From Myxococcota bacterium (GTDB lineage: Bacteria; Myxococcota_A; UBA796; CAJQPC01), in contig DASCPX010000190.1 of the NCBI GenBank assembly GCA_036012755.1, forward strand, positions 64,001 through 128,000: 64,000 nt of DNA, written 5' to 3'. The notes under the pieces are model-generated. The model did no database searches. It was not told the origin of the DNA and was given only the letters and a program-made list of their open reading frames with translations. Below are positions 31,400 to 40,897 of this stretch, piece after piece (position 1 is the stretch's first letter; every line of letters starts with the position of its first letter). Position numbers and translations under genes: made by a program.

Positions 31400-31896
31400 G
31401 CTCCGAATCCCTGGATCAGCAGAACGCGCAGCTGCAGGAGACCTTGAAGCAGCAGCTCGCCGACCTCGAGAAGGCCCGCGACAAGCTCGCCGTCGCCGAG
31501 GAGCAGCTCGGGCTCGCCGACGAAGAGGTGGCCCGCGCCGAGCTCGAGCTCGACAAGCGCAAGAAAGAAGGCGAGGAGCTCGAGAAGGCCGCGGAAGAGG
31601 CCCAGAAAGAGGTCGAGCGCCGCCGCGCCGAGCGAGACCGCATCAAGGCGGAGATCGAAGCAGAAGAGGTGGAGGAGCAGAAGCGCATCGACGAGCTCAC
31701 AACGAGAGCCGAGGCCGCGGAGCAGAAGCGCAGCGAGCTGGACGCGGAGATCAAGAAGCTCGAAGCCGAGCAGGCCGACCTGGAGAAACAGCTCATCGAC
31801 GCCGACGCCGAGATCGACCGCCTGGATACAGAGGACGAGCGCCTCGCCTCCGAGATCGCGGCTCTCGAGCAGGAGCTCGTCGACCTGGACGCCTGA
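31396..31896 (+). CDS. Acidic coiled-coil protein (166 aa)
   Basis: Continuous E/K/A/L heptads, no Pro. Confidence 0.75.
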   Translation: MSSESLDQQNAQLQETLKQQLADLEKARDKLAVAEEQLGLADEEVARAELELDKRKKEGEELEKAAEEAQKEVERRRAERDRIKAEIEAEEVEEQKRIDELTTRAEAAEQKRSELDAEIKKLEAEQADLEKQLIDADAEIDRLDTEDERLASEIAALEQELVDLDA

Positions 31897-34424
31897 TGCG
31901 GACCCTGGATGTCCTCCTTCGCTACGGCCCCGGGACCCGCCCGGCTCGCCTGGCCTGCGCGGCGCTGCCGGAGCTCATCTGGACCACGGAGAAGCCCGTC
32001 CCCCTCGACCCGGGCGCCGCCGCGGCGCTGGCCATCGCGGCCGAGCTCGACTCGGGGGCCCACTTCGCGGGGGTGGCCATCGCCCTGCGCTCGGCCTTGT
32101 CGCTCTACGACGCCCACGTCGACTGGGAGGCCGGCATCGAGGATCTGGAGGACGACCAGGCTCGCGACTCCGCGCTGCGAGCCCTCGGGATCGCGGCCAT
32201 CGCCGGGGCCCTGTGGCCGGACGACCCCGTCGGCGAGCTGCTGGAGCTGGACCACGGCGAGGCCCTGGTCGACTGGCTCGTCGCGGATCTCGTGCTCAGC
32301 CAGGGGACAGAGGACGAGCCACCCGAAGAGGAGCCGCTGACGCGCCTGTTGGGCCACCTCGACGACGTGGATCTCCCAGAGGCGCTGGAGGACCGGGCAG
32401 AGCTCGGAAGAGAAGTGCTCGAGGCCCTCGGGCCGGTGATCGACGAACGAGTCACAGACGCCGCGGGCTCCGTGGTCCGCCTCGCCGAGAACATGCGCAG
32501 CACCCTCGGGGACGTTCGGTCCGACATCGACGCGCTCACTGCAGAGGCTCGCGAAGCACCGGTCTACGAGGTCCTCGCCGCCCGCCTGGTGGCCGAGCGC
32601 GGCGCTGCTGATGCCGAGAGCACCCTCGACGAACCCGTCAAGCCACGACCACCGAGACAGGCTCCGAAGGCTCCGAAGAAGGCCGAAAAGAAGGGGCCGG
32701 ATCCAAGGGTCTTCCGGCTCGCGGCCATCCTCCACGTCCTCCCAGCCCTGCGAGCCCGCGAGGTAGAGGTCCCAGAGGTCCCAGAGCTGGCTGTCGACCG
32801 CTCGGCCCTCGTCCTCGCCGAAGAGGCGCTCGCCGCAGCCGAGGCCCGAGGAGACCAGGGCAGCTTCGAGATGGACCTGGGCGTGCTCGACCGAGCCCGC
32901 GAGGCCGCTCGAGGCTCGCTGGAGGCTCGCAACCAGGCTCGACGAGCGGTGCAGACGGCGGAGGCGGCGATCGCATCGACCCAGGCTGACCTCGACCGCT
33001 TGCGGCGGAAGCGCAGCGCCAACCGCGCGAAGTCGAAGGTCCTGGTCGAGGCCCGGCTCATGGAGGCCCGCGCCGTCCAGATGCGCGTGCGCGCCGAGCG
33101 GGCCGAGGTCGACACCACGCCGATCGAGGCCCGCGTTCGCGCGATCCCCCCGGAGATTCGGACCTGCTCGAAGCAGAAGGAGGATCTCCCCTACATCGTC
33201 ATCGGCGCCCTCGATGTCGACCAGTGGCCGCTGGACCAGGCCGAAGCGAAGCTCTACGAGGCCGAGAACGAAGCCGGCAAGCACCCCCGCCCGGAGCCCG
33301 TCGACACCAGCGCGCTGGAGGCCGCGGTAGCCCGGAGAACGGAGGCCGACAGCGAGGTGAGCTCAGCCCGCGCAGAGCGGGGGAAGGTATGCCAGGAGCT
33401 GGCTCGGGCACGCCTCGCCGTCGTCCGCCGCGCCGGGAGCCTGAAGAGCCAGGCGGCGAGGCTGCGCCGTGTCAAGAAGGGCATCGGCTCCGTCGAGGTC
33501 GACGAGCGCCCAGTCTCGACCGAGCGCCTCGAGGCTGCCGAGGCCAGCATCGAGGAGGGCTACAAGCTCTACGAGGCCCTGCCCGAGCCGCAGAAGCTGG
33601 ACACCAGCGACCTCGAGGGGGCCAGGTCCATCCGGGGCCGGAAGCTCCAAGGCAAGCTCTGGGCCCGGCACGCCGCGGTGAACGCGGAGCTCGCCATCGT
33701 CCACACGCGGTGGGCGATCGCGAAGATGGTCCCCGAGCGCGCCGCAGCCCTCACGCAGGAGCTCGGCCGGCTAGGCGAGGAGCGAGGCGGCATCGAGCTG
33801 ATCGAGGTCACGCAGCGCCCGGCCGACCACAGCCGACTCCAGGCCGCCGAGGACCGCCTCGCAGAGGCCACCGCGGTGGAGATCGACGCCCCGACCCTCG
33901 ACGAGAGCCCGCGGCTGATGGCTCGCAAGGGCCGCCGGACAGCCCTCGAGGCGAAGCTGGAGGCCCTGCGAGACCTGCGCCAGCGCAGCCGCGGTGCTCG
34001 CGAGATCAACCTCGCCCTCCGCGACCTGAGCGTCGACCGCGTGGCCGCTCGGGGAGACAGGCTCCAGCTCTGCCGAGAGCTCGCGCGGCTCGGAGAGGAG
34101 CCCGACCGCAGCCGTGTGCTGGAGGCGACCACCGCCCTGCGCAAGGCTCGCGAAGAGGTGACGGCCCTGACCGACCGGCTCGCGACCGTGCGAGAGAGAG
34201 TCCCGGTGCTCAACGACCGCATCGAGGAGCTCGAGGACCGCTACGACGACATCATGAGACTCCGGGGACTCAGGCGCCGGCGGGTCCGCATCATGGAAGA
34301 GGACCTGCCCGTGCCTGCGCCTCCTCCCAGGAAGAAGGCCCAGGCCCTGGGCCTGGTCGAAGCGAAGACCACGATGATGACGCCGGAGCAGATCCAGGAG
34401 ATGTTGGCCGAGCTCGACGGCTGA
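31896..34424 (+). CDS. Large protein with a helical N-domain and segmented coiled-coil repeats (842 aa)
   Basis: TGATG-coupled start MRTLDVLLRYG; recurring (V/L)D.S.L..A segments. Confidence 0.7.
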   Translation: MRTLDVLLRYGPGTRPARLACAALPELIWTTEKPVPLDPGAAAALAIAAELDSGAHFAGVAIALRSALSLYDAHVDWEAGIEDLEDDQARDSALRALGIAAIAGALWPDDPVGELLELDHGEALVDWLVADLVLSQGTEDEPPEEEPLTRLLGHLDDVDLPEALEDRAELGREVLEALGPVIDERVTDAAGSVVRLAENMRSTLGDVRSDIDALTAEAREAPVYEVLAARLVAERGAADAESTLDEPVKPRPPRQAPKAPKKAEKKGPDPRVFRLAAILHVLPALRAREVEVPEVPELAVDRSALVLAEEALAAAEARGDQGSFEMDLGVLDRAREAARGSLEARNQARRAVQTAEAAIASTQADLDRLRRKRSANRAKSKVLVEARLMEARAVQMRVRAERAEVDTTPIEARVRAIPPEIRTCSKQKEDLPYIVIGALDVDQWPLDQAEAKLYEAENEAGKHPRPEPVDTSALEAAVARRTEADSEVSSARAERGKVCQELARARLAVVRRAGSLKSQAARLRRVKKGIGSVEVDERPVSTERLEAAEASIEEGYKLYEALPEPQKLDTSDLEGARSIRGRKLQGKLWARHAAVNAELAIVHTRWAIAKMVPERAAALTQELGRLGEERGGIELIEVTQRPADHSRLQAAEDRLAEATAVEIDAPTLDESPRLMARKGRRTALEAKLEALRDLRQRSRGAREINLALRDLSVDRVAARGDRLQLCRELARLGEEPDRSRVLEATTALRKAREEVTALTDRLATVRERVPVLNDRIEELEDRYDDIMRLRGLRRRRVRIMEEDLPVPAPPPRKKAQALGLVEAKTTMMTPEQIQEMLAELDG

Positions 34425-34505
34425 TCGACGCTAGGGCGGCACGACGTCCAAGGGCCGTTGCTGGCCGCTCCTCTGATCAGTCGCCGCTGCAGGTGATGGC
34501 CGGGC

Positions 34506-34590
34506 GGTCCAGCGCCCCGGGAGTACCGACTACCGTTGCTCCCTTCCAGGCCTGGCGGGGTTCACGGGTCCCGGTCGCCGGGGCCCGACC
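34506..34590 (-). ncRNA. ffs: Signal recognition particle RNA (small bacterial 4.5S type); ends approximate
   Basis: Minus strand reads GTGAACCCCGCCAGGCCTGGAAGGGAGCAACGGTAG (helix-8 signature with GGAA loop) inside a long closing stem. Confidence 0.9.
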
Positions 34591-34616
34591 ATCACCAACA
34601 GCTACGAGCCTCAAGA

Positions 34617-34704
<88 letters not shown>

Positions 34705-34756
34705 TGGGTCCATCCTGAGCTCGTCATGGTCGCTGGAAGACGCTGTGGAATGAGAG

Positions 34757-34843
34757 CGGAGAGGGTGGGATTCGAACCCACGGTAGGGAGGTCCCTACAA
34801 TAGATTTCGAGTCTACCGCCTTCGTCCACTCGGCCACCTCTCC
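34757..34843 (-). tRNA. tRNA-Ser(CGA)
   Basis: Anticodon arm GTAGA-CT-CGA-AA-TCTAT; long variable arm; CCA not encoded. Confidence 0.97.
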
Positions 34844-34850
34844 GAAATCT

Positions 34851-35321
34851 CTACGTCTTCCTGGCCCGCAGCTCCTTGAAGAAGTCACGCAAGATCTCGC
34901 TCGCGGCTTCTTGTTCGACCCCCTCGACGACCTCGAAGGCGTGGTTCAGGCCAGCGAAGCTCGAGAGGTCACAGAGGCTCCCGAGGAAGCCTCCCTTCGG
35001 GTCGCGCGTGGCGAAGACGACACGCTCGATCCGGGACAGCACCATCGCCCCGGCGCACATCGCGCAAGGCTCCAGCGTCACGTAGACCGTGCAGCCTTCG
35101 AGCCTCCAGTCGCCCAGGGCACGCGCCGCTCGCCGAATAGCCGAGAGCTCCGCGTGCCCGGTCGGGTCGTCCTCGCACTCACGCACGTTGTGCGCGACCG
35201 CCAGGATGACACCGTTCTTGACCACCACCGCTCCGACCGGGACCTCGCCCCGAGCCGCAGCGGCCCGCGCCTGCGCCAGCGCCACGCTCATGAATCCGTG
35301 GTGCGAGTCAGGACCAGACAT
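34851..35321 (-). CDS. tadA: tRNA adenosine(34) deaminase
   Basis: GEVPVGAVVV, DPTGHAE and TLEPCAMCAGA; adjacent to tRNA-Ser and ffs. Confidence 0.93.
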   Translation of the reverse strand: MSGPDSHHGFMSVALAQARAAAARGEVPVGAVVVKNGVILAVAHNVRECEDDPTGHAELSAIRRAARALGDWRLEGCTVYVTLEPCAMCAGAMVLSRIERVVFATRDPKGGFLGSLCDLSSFAGLNHAFEVVEGVEQEAASEILRDFFKELRARKT

Positions 35322-35390
35322 CTTCCGACCGTCAAAGACCAAGCTCCGAGCCTTGTGGCTGGAGCGCCCGGAACGTATGCTCCGGCCCCT

Positions 35391-35762
35391 TTGCTGTCAA
35401 TCCTCCGAACAGCCCTCCGAGCGCGCCTGAGAGCGACAGTGGAGGACGAGTTGCGGCCGCTGAACGAGGCAGCCTCCGGCCTCGAGAAGGCGCTTGAACG
35501 ACGACGACGGATGATGGCCACGCTCCGCGATCGCGTGGCGGAGCTGGAGGCCATCTCGGCCGGGGACTTCCACGCAGAGATGAGCGTGCACGTCGCCTGG
35601 AACCGTCACCCCGGAGTCGCCGAGGTCTTCGCTGGCTACGGGCTCCCAGACTGCCGTAGCTGTCCGGTCGGCGCCGATGAGACCCTCGCCGAAGCAGCCG
35701 AGGGGTACGAGATCCCCATCGATCGGCTTCTATCGGAACTGCAAGTGCTCCTCCGGGGTTGA
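35391..35762 (+). CDS. Coiled coil plus DUF1858-like CxxC domain protein (start uncertain)
   Basis: HPGVAEVF..YGLPDCRSCPVGADETLAEAA pattern. Confidence 0.65.
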   Translation: MLSILRTALRARLRATVEDELRPLNEAASGLEKALERRRRMMATLRDRVAELEAISAGDFHAEMSVHVAWNRHPGVAEVFAGYGLPDCRSCPVGADETLAEAAEGYEIPIDRLLSELQVLLRG

Positions 35763-35796
35763 TACCCTCCGGATCCGGCACATCCCGAGGCACCCC

Positions 35797-36570
35797 ATGG
35801 TCCTGGCGCTCTTCTGCTCCCTCTTCTCCTCCCCCGCGCTCGCTGGAGACGTCACGCTCAAGGCAGAGGACGGGACCAGGATCCACGCGGTCTACACAGA
35901 GGCCCGCGAGCCCGTCTCCGGCGTCGTGTTGGTCCACATGGTCAGCCGCAGCGCCAGCGACTACCGCTTCCTGGCGGACAAGCTGCAGGCCCAGGGGATC
36001 AGCGCGGTCGCCGTCGACCTCCGCAAGCATGGCGACAACGTGGACGAGGGCGAGGAAGTCGTCATCGAGGACATCGAGTGGAGCTACATGAAGCAGGATG
36101 TCGCCGCTGGGGTGGCCTACCTGCGTGCCCAGGGCGTGGACGACATCGCCATCGTCGGCGCCTCGATCGGGGCGAACCTCGCGCTCAATGTTGCGGCGGA
36201 GGACGAGGGCATCACGAACGTCGTGCTCCTGTCGCCGGGCATGGAGTACAAGGGGGTCGAGCTCGCCCAGGCCCTGGGGGAGTACGGCGAGCGCCCGCTG
36301 CTCTGCGTCGTGAGCCAGGACGACCGCTACTCCGCCAAGACAGGGCTCTTCGTCGAGGCCCAGGCTCGGGGCTACCACAAGCTCGAGATCTACGAGACGG
36401 CGGGGCACGGCACCCGCATGCTGAACAAGGCGCCGGCGCTGGAGCCGCTGTTGGTGTCCTGGCTCCTCGGCAGCTACCGACTCTCGGACACGGCCAACGA
36501 CCGCAGCGAGGGTCTCACCACCGGCGACACCACGAAGGTGGAGACCGAGGGCACCCGCATCAACGAGTGA
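35797..36570 (+). CDS. Secreted alpha/beta hydrolase
   Basis: Signal peptide; VDLRKHG, GASIG nucleophile elbow, LSPG and GHG. Confidence 0.85.
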   Translation: MVLALFCSLFSSPALAGDVTLKAEDGTRIHAVYTEAREPVSGVVLVHMVSRSASDYRFLADKLQAQGISAVAVDLRKHGDNVDEGEEVVIEDIEWSYMKQDVAAGVAYLRAQGVDDIAIVGASIGANLALNVAAEDEGITNVVLLSPGMEYKGVELAQALGEYGERPLLCVVSQDDRYSAKTGLFVEAQARGYHKLEIYETAGHGTRMLNKAPALEPLLVSWLLGSYRLSDTANDRSEGLTTGDTTKVETEGTRINE

Positions 36571-37365
36571 TCGCCCTGGGACGGGACCCGGCGCTCCTGG
36601 CGGGCCTGGTCCCAGCCTCTGCCTGGCCGATGGGTCAGCGACCCTACGTGGAGGCCAGCCTCGAGCTCGATCTCGAAGCCACCCTGGGGGGCCCGGTCGA
36701 GGCGCTCGTGGCCCGGACCGAGAGAGCCGCCGTGCCCCTGATGCGTTCCCGCAGCCAGTCCGCTGTCGCCGCTGTGAACCTCGAGCAGCTGTTGTTCCGA
36801 CAGTGGAGACAGCTGGGCGGCGCTGGCCTCGGCCCGGTCGTGGACCTGGTCTTCCTCCCTGCGCTGCGAGCGGCTGGGATCCGGCTGGACGAGGTCATGT
36901 TGCTGACCACCCCCCTGTCCTATGAGTGCTCGCCCTTCTTCGCCCAGGGCATCGACCGGCGAGCTGCCTTCTCGGACCTGGTCGAGGGGCTCAAGGCCAC
37001 GGCCCGCGAGCAGCACCTGGCCCTCGCAGCGCTGGACCCGGCGGACACCGCCTCTGCTGAGCTGGACGGCGTCCTGGAAGAGGCCGGCTTCCAACCGGTG
37101 CTGCTCCTCGACGAGTACAGGCTCGAGCTCGGCGAGGGGGACTTCGAGAGCGGCTACCTCTCGCGCCTGCCAGGCCGGGCACGCAACATGGTCCGGCGCG
37201 AGCGCAAGGTCGACGCGTGCGTGGAGACCGTGCCGCTGAGCTCGCTGCCCACAGAGGACCGCGCCAGCATCGCCGAGCTCTACCGCGCCACCTGCGCGCG
37301 ACACGGCAACGGCTGGGTCGACATGGGCGAGGACCAGCTCGAGAGGCTCTCGGCCCTGCCCGGCG
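36567..37365 (+). pseudogene. FemAB/GNAT-like acyltransferase, C-terminally truncated
   Basis: DFESGYLSRLPGRARNMVRRERK and IAELYRATCARHG; protein-like sequence is lost after LSALPG. Confidence 0.6.
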
Positions 37366-38388
37366 CTCTGGGCCGAGCTGGGCCACAGGGACCACTACCG
37401 CCACAAGCGAGCGGGGCTGAGCCAGGGACGCTTCTTCCGACTGACCGACGACAACGAGGAGACCTCGGTGAACGTCCCCGTGCTGGAGCCATTCGTCCGG
37501 AGCTCCTCGCTGGAGCTGCGACGGAGCCCGCGTGGCTACGAGATCTGCGAGGGCGACGAGGTCCTCGCGCCGGTCCAACCCTTCCCCTGGCCACGCTGGT
37601 ACGAACGCTCCACGTCCAGCGCTCAACCGATGTGCTCGGTGGGCTCGGCCCACTGCGATACCAGCCTCTACACGGCCATCTTCCAGAACGGCTGCAGCTG
37701 GTGGACCGAGTCCGACAAGTGCGCCTTCTGCGCCATGAAGATCGACGCGAGCTCGCAGTGGCGGCGGATCGAGCCCATCATCGAGGTGGTCGCCGTGGCC
37801 CTGGAGGAGAACCCCGGCGCTGAGCTGTCCTTCGGTGGCGGGACCACGCGGAGCTCCGACCGGAGCACGAAGCACAAGGCTGACGCCATTTCATCGCTGA
37901 AGCGCGAAGTCGACCTCCCGGTCTGCGTGGAGATCGCCCCTCCGGACACGGACCAGTGGCTGGATCGCCTCGCGGACGCCGGATGCGACTCGGTCTTGAT
38001 GAACCTCGAGCTGTGGAACCCCCAGCTCCGCAAGCAGCTGATGCCCGGCAAGTCCGAGATCACCCGCGAGCGCTACCTCGCGGCCTGTCGCCATGCGGCC
38101 GGCGTCTTCGGTTCCAGCCAGGTCTCCAGCCAGATCATCGTCGGGTTGGAGCCCCACACCGACACGCTCGAGGGCATCGCCGCCCTCGCCGACGCAGGGG
38201 CGATCCCGCTGCCGGTGGTCTTCCGCCCGCTGCCGGGCACCCCCCTCGAGGACCACCCCGAGCCTGAGGTGGAGCAGGTGATCGAGGTCTTCGAGTTCAC
38301 CGAAGAGCTGCTGCGAGGGACCGCCCTGGACGGCGCAGAGACCCTCAGCGGCTGCGCCCTCTGCGGCGCCTGCTCGGCTCACCGATGA
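37360..38388 (+). CDS. Radical SAM protein (CX8CX2C, MSMEG_0568-like); native N-terminus apparently missing
   Basis: CSWWTESDKCAFC, NLELW, IIVGLE, FRPLPGTPL and C-terminal GCALCGAC. The frame stays protein-like upstream of the GTG at 37468. Confidence 0.8.
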   Translation, partial: PALWAELGHRDHYRHKRAGLSQGRFFRLTDDNEETSVNVPVLEPFVRSSSLELRRSPRGYEICEGDEVLAPVQPFPWPRWYERSTSSAQPMCSVGSAHCDTSLYTAIFQNGCSWWTESDKCAFCAMKIDASSQWRRIEPIIEVVAVALEENPGAELSFGGGTTRSSDRSTKHKADAISSLKREVDLPVCVEIAPPDTDQWLDRLADAGCDSVLMNLELWNPQLRKQLMPGKSEITRERYLAACRHAAGVFGSSQVSSQIIVGLEPHTDTLEGIAALADAGAIPLPVVFRPLPGTPLEDHPEPEVEQVIEVFEFTEELLRGTALDGAETLSGCALCGACSAHR

Positions 38389-39041
38389 GGGCCCTGCTGC
38401 TCTGTGCTGGACGCGGTCGACGCTTCGACGGGGCGCTCGGAGACCTCCCCAAGGTCCTGCTGGAGGTGGTGCCCGGCGTGACGCTCCTCTCCAGGCACCT
38501 CCGGACCTTCGAGCAGGTGGGGCTCGACGGCGTCACCGTGGTGGTGGGCTACGAAGCGGACCAGGTCCGAGCTGCCCTTGAAAGCTCGCTGCCCATCGAG
38601 GTCGTGGTCAATCCTCGCTTCTCGGAGGGCTCGATGATCTCGCTGGCCTCCGCGGAGGGGACGCTCTGCGCCGGCACCTCGATCGTGATGGACGCGGACG
38701 TGCTCTACGACGAGGCCTTCATGGACGATGAGATGAAGATCGCGCTGGTGGACGGGAGGGTCCACCACCTGTCGAAGAGGCTGGAGGCGGCAGACTACGA
38801 GGCTGTGGGTCGAGGACCTGGGTTCTAATAAATCTCGCCTACTTGGGGGCGACTCCTAGTGCAGACCATGAAGCTGATGGACGAGGCCGGACTCGGACAC
38901 CTCGAGTACGAGGACGCGATGAACCGGACCTTCAGCGAGGTGGAGGTGCGACCGGTGTCGACCGAAGAAGATCCCTGGACCGAGATCGACAACACTGCGG
39001 ATCTCGAGCGCGCGAGGGAGGCGATCTGGCCCCGCCTCTGA
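38385..39041 (+). pseudogene. NTP transferase (LicC/IPCT-like cytidylyltransferase) with two in-frame TAA codons at 38826-38831
   Basis: LLCAGRGRR...PK and DADVLY, then the same frame continues to EYED...WTEIDN..DL. Confidence 0.85.
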
Positions 39042-39841
39042 GCTTCGAGGCGACGCTGAAGCCGAGGGAGGTGGAGACCTGGCTGGACCTCTGGTTCTTC
39101 CGTCCCCTGGCCTACGGGGTGGTCCGCCTGGCCTGGCCGACACCGATCACGGCGAACCAGCTCACTGGCCTGAGCCTCATCACCGGCGCCGCGGCGGCCC
39201 TCTGCTTCCTCTCGACCGAGCGGCCCTGGGTGCTCGCTGGGATCGGCCTGATGATGTCCTACGCCGTGCTCGACTGCGCCGATGGGTAGCTGGCTCGGGC
39301 ACGGGGCACCTCGTCGCGGCTCGGGCGCATCCTGGACGGCTCCAGCGACTACGTCGTGGGACTGCTCAGCACAGCCACCCTCGGCTGGCACCTGTGGGTC
39401 CTCGAAGGGACCTGGAGCCTGCTGGCGGTGCTGGTCGGCATGTTCGCCTTCGCCATCCAGGCGGTGGCCTACGACGGCTTCAAGAACCGCTACCTGCGCC
39501 TGTCCGGGGCCTCGGTTCAGGAGGGCGAGGACCTCGAAGAGGCCAGGGCGGAGTTGGCCGATGCGACCAGCTTCGTCGAGGTCGCGGCCCTACGCGCCTA
39601 TGTGACCTTCTTGCGGGTCCAAGGGGTGCGGCCACAGCCGAGGGAGACCGGGGATCCCGCCCGGGTCGTCTCCCTCGCCCGGGCCTCTGCGTGGCTTGGG
39701 CCCTCGACACACATCTTCCTGCTCTGCGCCGCGGCGCTCGCGGGTGAGCTCTTCGCCTACTTCGTCCTGCGGGCGGTGCTGAGCTCCCTCGCGCTGGGCC
39801 TGATCACCATCGCCTGGAGGGCGCGAACCCGGGTGGGCTGA
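39038..39841 (+). pseudogene. CDP-alcohol phosphatidyltransferase with an in-frame TAG at 39287
   Basis: ITANQLT and DCADG*LARARG...GRILDGSSD; the stop falls inside the family motif. Confidence 0.88.
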
Positions 39842-39857
39842 CGGCAGACCTGCCGCC
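39840..39857 (-). promoter_or_regulatory. Candidate bacterial SECIS hairpin (alternatively a terminator between convergent genes)
   Basis: GGCGGCA-GGTC-TGCCGTC starts 9 nt after the UGA at 39869-39867 and contains GCAGGTCTGC. Confidence 0.6.
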
Positions 39858-40079
39858 TCAGCTCGCTCAGCTGAAGCCCGAGGACTCGCACTGCTCCCGC
39901 TTGGCGGGGCTGCAGCCCTGGCTCGGCCTGGCGCTCAAGGTCGCGAAGGCCGAGAGCTCCTTGTCCGCCTCTGCCTTTCCGCACTTGGGACAGGCGATCT
40001 CCGAGTCGGCCGTGCCCATGCGGACCAGCTCCTCGAAGCGCTCGCCGCAGTGACGGCACCGGTATTCGTAGAGGGGCAC
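39858..40079 (-). CDS. FmdB-family zinc-ribbon protein, probable C-terminal selenocysteine (ends at 39867 if the UGA is a stop)
   Basis: MPLYEYRCRHCGERFE...CPKCG...C...CESSGFS-TGA-GCG-AGC-TGA. Confidence 0.85.
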
Positions 40080-40145
40080 CTCGCCAGGATAACGCGGCTC
40101 GACTGAGCTACGGCTGGGAGGAAGGCAGAAGTGTAAGCTCTCGAC

Positions 40146-40334
40146 GTGCTCCTCCTCCTGCTGTCCTGCAACTCCGAGTACGAAGGCGACGACACCAAGA
40201 CCGCTGACTGGTGGATCTCCGAGATGGAGGCCGAATACGCCGGCGCCGCCGCCTCCCACAGCGAGGACAAGCTCGTGCCCAAGTACTACCTGACACTGAC
40301 CCACAGCCTCCAGCTGGACTTCGTCGAGCAATGA
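40146..40334 (+). CDS. Small lipoprotein (62 aa), possibly truncated
   Basis: MLLLLLSC; TAAGCT 6 nt upstream; stop coupled to the next gene. Confidence 0.55.
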   Translation: MLLLLLSCNSEYEGDDTKTADWWISEMEAEYAGAAASHSEDKLVPKYYLTLTHSLQLDFVEQ

Positions 40335-40897
40335 TCTGGCTCGCGCTGGGCTGTCTCCGCGCGGTCCAGCACATCCCAGAGAGCCACCCCGAGACCTGGA
40401 CCGGTCGCCTCGAGGTCGCGGTCCCTGCCGGCTGGGAGCTGGTCCGCAACGTCCGCGGTCCACTCGGACAGCACCTGGCGCTGCACGGCCCAGATGGGAG
40501 CAGCATCACCATCGACCTCCTCCGCGAGGACGCCCGAAGCCGGGAGCTGCCCCTGTCGGTCGTGGTCGACACCTACGCTGTCGAGCTCGGGCGTGGCAGG
40601 GGCATCGAGAGCGACCACCACGCCCAACACCAGCTCGAGGTGGCCGAGCGCTCAGCCTGGGCGACCACCGTGGAGAGGCGGGTCGGTCCCCACACGCGCA
40701 CGGCGAGCACGGTCGGGCTGCGCGGAGAGAAGGTGGTGGTCTTCCTGACGCTGCACGCGAACTCGGAGGACTCCTCGCTGGCCTGGGAGCAGGTCCTGAC
40801 CTCCTTCGATCTCCCGCTGGATGCGCCGCCGGAGACCCCGCCCTTCGCAGAGGACCTGGCCGCCGAGCGGCGCCTGGACTCGGGGAAGCTCGATTGA
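40331..40897 (+). CDS. Hypothetical lipoprotein
   Basis: MIWLALGC; VAVPAGWE; ATGA-coupled. Confidence 0.65.
   Translation: MIWLALGCLRAVQHIPESHPETWTGRLEVAVPAGWELVRNVRGPLGQHLALHGPDGSSITIDLLREDARSRELPLSVVVDTYAVELGRGRGIESDHHAQHQLEVAERSAWATTVERRVGPHTRTASTVGLRGEKVVVFLTLHANSEDSSLAWEQVLTSFDLPLDAPPETPPFAEDLAAERRLDSGKLD

Noticed and set aside
39804..39860. Second UGA of the FmdB gene read as Sec (UxxU motif)
   Set aside because: The hairpin abuts this codon, too close for a SECIS, and readthrough would run antisense into the neighbouring gene.
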